NCBI GenBank assembly: GCA_965216875.1
Contig: OZ244207.1
Span: 1,888,001-1,952,000 of the forward strand
DNA: 64,000 bases
Reading direction: 5' to 3'
Origin: Rubripirellula sp.
Lineage (GTDB): Bacteria > Planctomycetota > Planctomycetia > Pirellulales > Pirellulaceae
Shown here: positions 56,921 through 64,000 of the stretch, piece by piece
Layout: the number at the start of each line of letters is the position of its first letter
Position numbering within the stretch: the stretch's first letter is position 1
Notes under the pieces: generated by a model
Databases searched by the model: none
Seen by the model: the letters and a program-made list of their open reading frames with translations, nothing else
What the model was told of the DNA's origin: nothing
Made by a program: the position numbers and the translations under genes

Positions 56921-57025
56921 CACCGCCGATCCGAACCTGCTCTGAGAGTTTGTAGGGTGTGCTTGCACGCACCATGGTCAAAGTTGGTTTGGCAAACATT
57001 GGTGCGTGCAAGCACGGCACCCTAC
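56921..57025 (+). repeat. Direct repeat R: degenerate pth2 3' end plus family-D REP doublet
   Basis: Matches 55254-55360 with 4 substitutions and one 2-bp deletion. Confidence 0.93.
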
Positions 57026-58488
57026 TATCTTGCGTCTTGTGCCCAGTCCTTGGTGTGGACGCCGCTGCGGATGCGCCATTCACGTAATTCATCGAGTAGC
57101 CGTTTCTTGTGCGCGATGGCGGTGGGGTCGTCCCATAAGTTGGACAGTTCGTCGGGGTCGGCGACGAGATCGTAGAGCTGTCCATCGGGCTGATCGAGGT
57201 AATGCACAAGCTTGTGCGTTTGGTCTCGAACCATCGTCATGAACTCGGTACCGGTAAGCACGGCGTCTTTGACCTGCTCACAGTAAACGTATTCACGGCC
57301 CGAGAAGTCCGCATCGGGTTCAAGGGCGGGCGACAACGTGGTCGCTTCCCAGTCATCCGGAACGTCGATCTTTGCCCAATCGAGGATGGTCGGACCGAGG
57401 TCCATCTGCTGGACCAACCGATCGACTTGGCGGGCAGCCCCGAAACGCTGCGGAGCCCAAACGATGAGAGGAACACGTGTGATCTGTTCAAACATCGTCC
57501 ACTTTTGGCTGTGTCCATGGTCCGAAAGGCAATCGCCGTGGTCGCTGGTGAAAATCACGATCGAGTTTTCGAGGTAGCCGTTGGTTTCGAGCGCCGACAT
57601 GATCTCGCCAACTTTTTCGTCGACCATGGTGACGTTGGCAAGATAGAACGCGCGTTGCCGATGACGCTGCTCGTGCGTTGGATTCAGATCCATCACCACC
57701 GAGTCATGATCAACATCTTGGTTGTGCTGTCGAAGTTCTTTCAGCGCGGCCGGTTGGGCGGCGAGTTCTTCGGCGGTGACTGGCAGAAGTGGAAGGTCAC
57801 GATTCAAGTAAGGTTCGGTGTAGCGGGGCACCGGGTCGTAAGGTGGATGGGGGCCTGGGAATCCGATCTGCAGAAAGAGCGGTTTCATTTTGGGTTTGTT
57901 GTTGATCCACCACGTCGCCATGTCGCCGACGAAAAAGTCGGGATGAGTCTCCTCGGGTAGTTCCCAGTGAAAGGCTCCGAGCGCCGAGCGGTAATCGTCG
58001 CGTTTGCGATAGAACTCACGTTGCTGCTTGACCAGTCCACGATAGCGCAGCGCCCGATCCCATTCGTCGAAGAAGTACCGGCCTTCGAGGTAGCGGTCCT
58101 TGTTCTCAACGACAAAGCGTTCGTGAAACCCGAGTTCCGTTTGGAAAGGCCACGTGTGCATCTTGCCGATGTTGGTGCAGTAGTAACCTGAATCGTTCAG
58201 CAGTTCGATCCAGCTTCGCCGCCATCGATCCGCATTTTTCAAGATTCCGGTCGTGTGCGGGTAGTAGCCTTTGAAAAGGCTCGCCCGCGCCGCGGCGCAG
58301 GATGCAGCGGTCACATGACACTGAGTGAAGCTGATGCCTTCGGTGACAAGTCGGTCGAGGTTGGGCGTGTCGACGTGCGGGTAGCCCAACGCAGCGATCG
58401 TGTCGAATCGCTGCTGGTCAGTGATGATGAAAATGATGTTGGGGCGATCATCGTTTTCGCCAAAGGGATTGGGCTTTTGCTCGCGCAT
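57025..58488 (-). CDS. Sulfatase-like hydrolase (choline-sulfatase-like), probably cytoplasmic
   Basis: RPNIIFIITDQQR, CAAARASL (CxAxR), GKMH, PHPPY, TSDHGD, RVPLI. Start probably ATG 58488. Confidence 0.93.
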   Translation of the reverse strand: MREQKPNPFGENDDRPNIIFIITDQQRFDTIAALGYPHVDTPNLDRLVTEGISFTQCHVTAASCAAARASLFKGYYPHTTGILKNADRWRRSWIELLNDSGYYCTNIGKMHTWPFQTELGFHERFVVENKDRYLEGRYFFDEWDRALRYRGLVKQQREFYRKRDDYRSALGAFHWELPEETHPDFFVGDMATWWINNKPKMKPLFLQIGFPGPHPPYDPVPRYTEPYLNRDLPLLPVTAEELAAQPAALKELRQHNQDVDHDSVVMDLNPTHEQRHRQRAFYLANVTMVDEKVGEIMSALETNGYLENSIVIFTSDHGDCLSDHGHSQKWTMFEQITRVPLIVWAPQRFGAARQVDRLVQQMDLGPTILDWAKIDVPDDWEATTLSPALEPDADFSGREYVYCEQVKDAVLTGTEFMTMVRDQTHKLVHYLDQPDGQLYDLVADPDELSNLWDDPTAIAHKKRLLDELREWRIRSGVHTKDWAQDAR

Positions 58489-58630
58489 CGTTTTGCTGGC
58501 TGAGTTTGGAATGATTTGCAAGCAACAAAATACCAGTCCGCTGGCCAGCATCGTAGGGCGCCTGCTTGTACGCACCGCGACCACAAATAGAGATCAACCG
58601 CGTTTGCCTCCCAGCCGCTCCCATGGTGGT

Positions 58631-59325
58631 GGAACCGCAGATTGATGCAGATGAACACAGATGGAGGTAATTGGCGACGAGACAAATAGAGTCCTTTTTC
58701 ACATTAGGTGGGCCGGGTCGTTCTCGATTTCTCATCTCGATCTACGTCGATTTGAGTTCATCTGCGGTTTCCATTTCTTGGCGCTCCCGTGGTCGAGGAA
58801 CCGCAGATTGACGCAGATGAACGCAGATGGAGGTGGTTGGTGACGAGACGAATAGGGTCATTGTCAAAGAGGTGGGCCGGGTGGTTTTCCAGTTTTCATC
58901 TTCATTTGCGTTGATGTGTGTTTATCAGCGGTTTCCCTTTCTGCCCTCTCTGGGTGTGGTGGAACCGCAGATTGACGCAGATGAACGCAGATGGAGGTGC
59001 TTGGTGACGAGACGGATAGAGTTAATGTCCGAGAGGTGGGCCGGGTGGTTTTCCAGTTCTCATCTTCATCTGCGTTGACGTGTGTTTATCTGTGGTCTCC
59101 TTTTCTGGCCTCTCTAGGTGTTGTGGAACCGCAGATTGACGCAGATGAACACAGATGGAGGTGGTTGGCGACGAGACGAACAGCGTCATTACCAGAGAGG
59201 TGCCGGGTGGTTTTCCAGTTTTCATCTTTATCTGCGTTGATGTGTGTTCATCTGCGGTTTTCCCTTCTTGGCGTTCCAGTAGTGGTGGAATCGCAGCTTG
59301 ACGCCCATGAACGCAGCTGGAGGTC
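58631..59325. repeat. Tandem array of ~164-bp hairpin units (4 full plus 1 partial)
   Basis: Units start GGAA[C/T]CGCAG at 58631, 58797, 58961, 59125 and 59287. Each has arm AACCGCAGATTGACGCAGATGAACGCAGAT and inverted arm ATCTGCGTTGATGTGTGTTCATCTGCGGTT. Confidence 0.95.
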
Positions 59326-59573
59326 ATTTGGTGTCGATTTGAGTACTGCCGTGAACGCGGTGCAGGTCGGCGGATGAGAAACGCATACCCCTCCGTTCAA
59401 AAAGCGGCACGACGAACCGCTTGGTTTGGCAAAAATGACCTGGAAATGGGGGGCCCCTTTTGAGTAGGGTCCGGCGAGTCAGTGGATTTCGGCGGTAGCA
59501 AAGGTGAAATTTGCTCGCCGGAGCCTGCCATCATCATGAATACCTCAGCGCGGTCGAGTCACGGAGGACAGTC

Positions 59574-60917
59574 GTGCAAACGCTTAAAACAGCGGCCATC
59601 GTCGTTTTACTAATGACGATTATTTATGGCGCCTACGTTTCACTCACCACACCCCCTGAACCACTTCCACCTGAAGTGGAGGGCATGTTGGTGATGACCG
59701 AGGACGATGCGTTCTCGATTGACGACGGTTTGCCTGGTTCGCTTCCCGGCTTGGACGCGGGACAGCCAGCGGGGGCCGATTCGCTTTCGTCGCTTGATTT
59801 GCCGTCTATCGGTGAGCCTTCGGTTGGACCAGCGGCAATGTTGCCGATGGCTTCTGAAAACGAAAACGCGGTTGTCGGCACACTCAGCGATCATTCCGCA
59901 TCACTGGTTGGCGGAAACGATCCTCAGCCGAGCGATCTGGCCGCTGGAGCCTTTGCGTCCTCGCCAGTTCCTTCTGCTGACGTACCGTCGGCCGATGTGG
60001 CACCCAAGGCCGCGCTCGCAGCACCGAGTGTGGACGTCGCCGTTGGCGGTGCTGACGATGATTATCCAAGCACAGGAAAAGAGTTTGCGTTGCCTGACAT
60101 GAAGGGCATGGATGTCAAATTTCAGACCGCTTCGTCGGTAAAGCCATCACTGCCGAATCTCGAAGGGACACCGTTGCCGGGGATCGCTCCGGTCGAATCG
60201 GCTGCTTCGGCAAGTCAATTCAACGCGGGTGTCGCCAACGCGATTCGCACCGCCGATGCTCAGTTTGCACAAGACAAAATGAAAGAGGCGCTTGCCACAC
60301 TAAGTCTCTTTTACCACTCACCAAGTCTGTCGGGCGAACAGCGCAGCGATTTGTTGTCGCGGCTCGACCCGCTTGCTCGCGAGGTGGTCTACTCGAAACG
60401 CCATCTGCTCGAGCAACCTTATCGCGTCGGCCAAAGTGAAACGTTGATGCAAGTCGCAGCTCGCTTCGAAGTCCCCTGGCAGCTGTTAGCAAACATCAAT
60501 CAGATCAAAGACCCGGTGACTGTGTTGCCGGGAACTGAATTGAAAGTGGTTCGTGGACCCTTCCGAGCGGAGGTGAACCTCGAGCAGCAGGAGTTGACCC
60601 TTTTCTTGGGTGATCTTTACGCCGGACGTTTTCCAGTCGCTGTTGGTAGCGATCCTGCACCGCGTCCAGGAACCTTTACGGTCCAGGACAAGCAGACTGC
60701 TCGCACGTATTACGATCCAAGCGGGTCACCAGTTCCGGCGGGGAGTGCGGATAACCCGTACGGCGACGTTTGGATCGACCTTGGCGGCCAGCTTTGCATC
60801 CACGGAAGCCCAAGCACCACGCGTCCAAACGACAAGGGATGCATCAGTTTGGCGGGCGACTTGGCCACCGACTTGTACGGCATTTTGTCCCAGGGTTCTT
60901 CTGTCACGATTCGTTAG
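59574..60917 (+). CDS. LysM + L,D-transpeptidase (YkuD) protein with N-terminal anchor
   Basis: GGAGG + GTG 59574, TM, low-complexity linker, LysM YRVGQSETLMQVA..LANINQI, catalytic IHGS...GCISL. Confidence 0.92.
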   Translation: MQTLKTAAIVVLLMTIIYGAYVSLTTPPEPLPPEVEGMLVMTEDDAFSIDDGLPGSLPGLDAGQPAGADSLSSLDLPSIGEPSVGPAAMLPMASENENAVVGTLSDHSASLVGGNDPQPSDLAAGAFASSPVPSADVPSADVAPKAALAAPSVDVAVGGADDDYPSTGKEFALPDMKGMDVKFQTASSVKPSLPNLEGTPLPGIAPVESAASASQFNAGVANAIRTADAQFAQDKMKEALATLSLFYHSPSLSGEQRSDLLSRLDPLAREVVYSKRHLLEQPYRVGQSETLMQVAARFEVPWQLLANINQIKDPVTVLPGTELKVVRGPFRAEVNLEQQELTLFLGDLYAGRFPVAVGSDPAPRPGTFTVQDKQTARTYYDPSGSPVPAGSADNPYGDVWIDLGGQLCIHGSPSTTRPNDKGCISLAGDLATDLYGILSQGSSVTIR

Positions 60918-60996
60918 TTAAGAATGTTGGGCGAGGCGTTCCGTTTGGGAACGCCGATTCCCAGCAAACGACTCTTATCCGACGGACCTGACGAAC

Positions 60997-61554
60997 ATGT
61001 CGTACGATCGCGACGCCCTTTTGGAATTGATTCAAAGCGAGGCACTTCAGCGAGGCCAATTCACGCTGGCAAGCGGAAAACAGGCCTCGTACTACCTCGA
61101 TTGCCGAAAGATCACGCTCCACCCGAAAGGTGCCAACGTGATTGCCGCTGGCATGATCGACGTGATTCAATCGCTGGGCGATCTTCCCGATGCGGTTGGT
61201 GGCATGGCGATTGGTGCTGACCCGATCACGGCCTCGATCATCACGCTGGCCGGTCAGCGTGATTTGCCAATGAAGGGTTTCATGGTTCGCAAAGAACCCA
61301 AGGGACACGGAACTGGCAAACAGGTCGAAGGTCCCGTTGAACCAGGTCAGCGCGTTGTGATCGTCGAAGACGTGATCACCAGCGGTGGCAGCGCGTTGAA
61401 AGCAGTCGACGCGGCTCGCGAGTTTGGACTTGAGGTCGACTGCGTTGTCGCCATCATCGATCGTTTGGCTGGCGGCGAAGAAGCATTCAAAGCAAAGGGT
61501 TTGCCGCTGCACACCCTGACCACGATTCGCGATTTCGGAATCGAACCCGAATAG
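60997..61554 (+). CDS. pyrE: Orotate phosphoribosyltransferase
   Basis: FTLASGKQASYYLDCR, VRKEPKGHG, VIVEDVITSGGS, IIDR. Confidence 0.97.
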   Translation: MSYDRDALLELIQSEALQRGQFTLASGKQASYYLDCRKITLHPKGANVIAAGMIDVIQSLGDLPDAVGGMAIGADPITASIITLAGQRDLPMKGFMVRKEPKGHGTGKQVEGPVEPGQRVVIVEDVITSGGSALKAVDAAREFGLEVDCVVAIIDRLAGGEEAFKAKGLPLHTLTTIRDFGIEPE

Positions 61555-61580
61555 AGATCGCCAACAGGAGTGAACCACGG

Positions 61581-62249
61581 ATGGAAACATCGCTCCACCA
61601 GCAATTGAAACTTTGCTACGCCGCCGACGTTACCGATACCGAGGTGATGGTTGGCCGCTATCGGATTGATGCGGTTCGCGAAGACGAACTTGTTGAAGTG
61701 CAATGTGCGTCCCTTTCGGCGATTCGCGACAAGTGCCGAAACTTACTCAAACGACACCAGTTGCGGGTCGTCAAGCCAGTGATCGCTCGCACGCGCATCG
61801 TCAAAATCAAAGCCGCCGATGGTCCCGTGCTGTCGCGGCGTTTTAGTCCGAAACGCGGGACGCCGATCGATGTTTTCGAAGACCTGATCTATTTCACCAA
61901 CGTCTTCCCACATCCGAATTTGACCATCGAAATCCCGTCGGTCATCATCGAGCAGTTTCGGATCCCTTCCAAGAAGAAGCGTCGGCGGTGGCGCGACAAA
62001 GGATACAAGGTGCATGATGTGTGCCTTGAGTCGATTGAGCAGCACGTCGAATTGAAGACGCCCGAGGATTTGTGGGATCTGGTGGGCTACGAGACCAATG
62101 GTGAGCCGTTCAATACAGCTGACCTTGCAAAAACGATCGATCGACCACGTTGGGTGGCCCAGAAAGTGGCCTATGTATTGCGCAACACCGGTGCGATCGA
62201 AGCATCGGGGCGGGATCGCAGCGGGGTTGTTTACCGCCGCGCAGCGTGA
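61581..62249 (+). CDS. PD-(D/E)xK nuclease-like hypothetical protein with C-terminal winged HTH
   Basis: ETSLHQQLK, TEV..GRYRIDAV..ELVEVQ, FNTADLAK..AQKVAYVL..GAIE. Confidence 0.7.
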   Translation: METSLHQQLKLCYAADVTDTEVMVGRYRIDAVREDELVEVQCASLSAIRDKCRNLLKRHQLRVVKPVIARTRIVKIKAADGPVLSRRFSPKRGTPIDVFEDLIYFTNVFPHPNLTIEIPSVIIEQFRIPSKKKRRRWRDKGYKVHDVCLESIEQHVELKTPEDLWDLVGYETNGEPFNTADLAKTIDRPRWVAQKVAYVLRNTGAIEASGRDRSGVVYRRAA

Positions 62250-62260
62250 AAGTCTTTCGG

Positions 62261-62653
62261 TCAGTTGTCCGACTGCGGCCTCAGGTGCCCAAACTTCTTG
62301 GCAATCTCCCGTTCTCTCACTTGGATGATCCGTTTGCCTCTTTTGATAACGTCATTTGCCGTCATTCCATGGACGCGGTTGCGGACGCCATAGTCTTGGT
62401 CAGCGGCATCTTGCTTGTTACCAACTGCACGCGATTCCTTCGCGATCTCGGTAAGCCCGGTCTCGAAAGCGGCAAGTTCGTCGCTCGAAAGCGTTGCTTT
62501 GATTTTGGTTAGTGATGCTTGATAGGTCTTAGGCGTGGTGGCATCGATTCGCTCAGCTCGAAAGAAGATGTACCCGATCAAGCCAATCGTGCCGAACGTG
62601 ACTGCAAAGATCGCTTTGTATTCTCGGGGGAGCTCAAGAGGATTCAGGCTCAT
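62261..62653 (-). CDS. Membrane-anchored small protein (DUF6694-like)
   Basis: TM, RIDAT..TYQASL..IKATLS..E..AF, VHGMTANDVI. Confidence 0.7.
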   Translation of the reverse strand: MSLNPLELPREYKAIFAVTFGTIGLIGYIFFRAERIDATTPKTYQASLTKIKATLSSDELAAFETGLTEIAKESRAVGNKQDAADQDYGVRNRVHGMTANDVIKRGKRIIQVREREIAKKFGHLRPQSDN

Positions 62654-62845
62654 CGGGCGTTCCTATGTAGGGGCAATTTCATCGCCCGATTCTATCGGTG
62701 CCTGGTTTGTCGCAAGGTTTTTTCGCGGAAGCTTCGCTCAACACACACGTTTGGATCACGCAATCTTGCCGCCGGCTTAACAAAACCCGCTGAGTCGTTG
62801 TGCGCGCTTGGTAGACCGGAGTAGGCAGGTGGTGCAGCCGGCGCT

Positions 62846-63616
62846 CTACGGCCAAAACCATTTGGGCACAATTTGGTTGTCGCCGTAGGCTGAACTCGCC
62901 CAGGCATCGGATGCCCATTGCTTGGTGCCGTCGCGACCGTGCAAGGCGATGGCGTCGATTTCATTCCAGCCCGGCACGTTGGCGCTATCGAGATAGATTT
63001 TGATGCGTCGTGTTCGTGTCGACGGCGCGATGGGAACGATCGAACTTCCCATTGCCACGGTGGCCGGCGTCGGATCTTTACCTTTCCAAAGCTCTCGCTC
63101 AATGCCCGCCGCATTGACGCTGCAGATGCGCCGCAAGGCACCAGGGTTGTAGGTTTCGACCACCTCGACCTTGACCAATTGGGTTGCTCTGGGGAATTCC
63201 GCGATGATCCATTCCTGACCACCATCTTGGCTGGCGGAAGCCCAGGCGGTCGCGCGATCACCGGCTGCTGGCGTGTTGGGCGGCCCGAGCACCTGTCGGA
63301 TGCTCCAGCTTGTTCGTGCCCCACCGGTCCGAATCGCGATCTCTTCGAGCATTTGAGTGTGGTCGCGATACCAAGTCATCAGGATCGCAGCGAGAACACA
63401 GATCCAGAAGAGGTCGCGCAAATACAGACGAGGGCGACAACGCCACAGGAATGAGATCGTTCGACGGGGGAAACTGCGCGACGGTTTTGCACGATCAGGT
63501 TTCGGGGGCTGTTCCGTCGAGGCCGGCTCCTGAGGCGAGGGTTCGAGTGGGATTTCAACTGAGATTTGGGCCGGGGTTTCGACGTCGTTCGGCTCGTGCG
63601 TCTTGCTACCGTTCAT
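62846..63616 (-). CDS. Membrane-anchored discoidin-like (pappalysin/FBXL4 N-domain-like) protein
   Basis: RLYLRDLFW+TM, WSIRQVLGPPN, D.ATAWAS, EWI..EF, ETYNPGA, WNEIDAIAL. Start probably ATG 63616. Confidence 0.75.
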   Translation of the reverse strand: MNGSKTHEPNDVETPAQISVEIPLEPSPQEPASTEQPPKPDRAKPSRSFPRRTISFLWRCRPRLYLRDLFWICVLAAILMTWYRDHTQMLEEIAIRTGGARTSWSIRQVLGPPNTPAAGDRATAWASASQDGGQEWIIAEFPRATQLVKVEVVETYNPGALRRICSVNAAGIERELWKGKDPTPATVAMGSSIVPIAPSTRTRRIKIYLDSANVPGWNEIDAIALHGRDGTKQWASDAWASSAYGDNQIVPKWFWP

Positions 63617-63889
63617 CGCATTCTTGGTGGGAGTGGGATGGCGATTGGTGACGATGCCCCAGGCGAATTGCGGCCGCTGCGATTGTTCCACGCGTTGTAA
63701 ACGGAACGCAAGAATTGCGGATTTCGGTTTTCTTGTTCGACGTGTCGGAATTCGCTCGCCAGACTCCATTTAAAAGGTAAGTAGGTAGTTGGTGCAAATA
63801 TTTGCGTTCCGTTGTCAGTTCCTTACCAAGTCTTGCCGTTGTTGCCTAGGGTTTGGTAAGAGCTGTCATTCAACTCGGAGGCAAGCGAC

Positions 63890-64000
63890 ATGACGGCCCA
63901 GCAACAGCTTTCACACAACGCTCGGATCATTAAAAACATCCGCTCGGTGCTTAGCGTTCATCAAGATCTCTGCCCCTATGCGTCGGGCATCGAGGTCTCT
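63890..64000 (+). CDS. Partial CDS running off the window (possibly BON-domain-like)
   Basis: GGAGG RBS then ATG, open to the end: MTAQQQLSHNARIIKNIRSVLSVHQDLCPYASGIEVS. Confidence 0.55.
   Translation, partial: MTAQQQLSHNARIIKNIRSVLSVHQDLCPYASGIEVS

Noticed and set aside
58631..59325. CRISPR array
   Set aside because: The sequences between conserved arms are homologous to each other rather than unique spacers, the period (~164 bp) is too long, and no cas genes are present
58661..59377. ORFs 58661-58843, 58827-59078, 58991-59377 and 59022-59327
   Set aside because: They are translations of the tandem repeat; unit lengths are mostly not multiples of 3 and frames break
59330..59573. Riboswitch upstream of the L,D-transpeptidase
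   Set aside because: A hairpin (GGCG..AGCAAA/TTTGCT.CGCC) is present, but I recognise no known aptamer consensus; an Rfam search would be needed
1..64000. Prophage, IS element or known anti-phage defence operon
   Set aside because: No ORF with integrase, transposase, phage structural, RT, Cas or recognisable defence-domain motifs

Overview
64 kb of a bacterial chromosome, almost certainly a Planctomycetota (Pirellulaceae-like). This is inferred from gene content: three sulfatases, DUF1549/DUF1553+DUF1501 and DUF1592+DUF1552 pairs with CxxCH motifs, an ECF sigma/FecR pair, an FHA-GAF-PP2C phosphatase, and proteins with NPYxxP and RFSLR motifs. There are about 45 credible CDSs and one tRNA-Gln(CTG). 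I see no rRNA, CRISPR array, integrase or transposase. Recognisable genes are glgP, acyP, pth2, pyrE, a LysM-L,D-transpeptidase and an acyl-CoA dehydrogenase. Intergenic DNA is dense in REP/REPIN-like palindromes from about seven sequence families, including a ~164-bp hairpin tandem array and a 189-bp tandem duplication. Most striking observations: (i) a 1.56-kb cassette with one orphan secreted gene, bounded by ~106-bp direct repeats made of the 3' end of pth2 plus a GTAG REP doublet, suggesting REP-site gene capture; (ii) a release-factor-like domain lacking the GGQ loop, fused to an SH3-like domain; (iii) a Ser/Thr kinase, Cys-rich orphan and GT71 (Mnn2-like) glycosyltransferase fusion in one cluster; (iv) an ECF-linked 14-kb locus with two DUF1592/DUF1552 pairs carrying different inserted domains. 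All family calls come from motif recognition by eye, not database searches. Several starts were moved from the ORF track to more plausible downstream codons.
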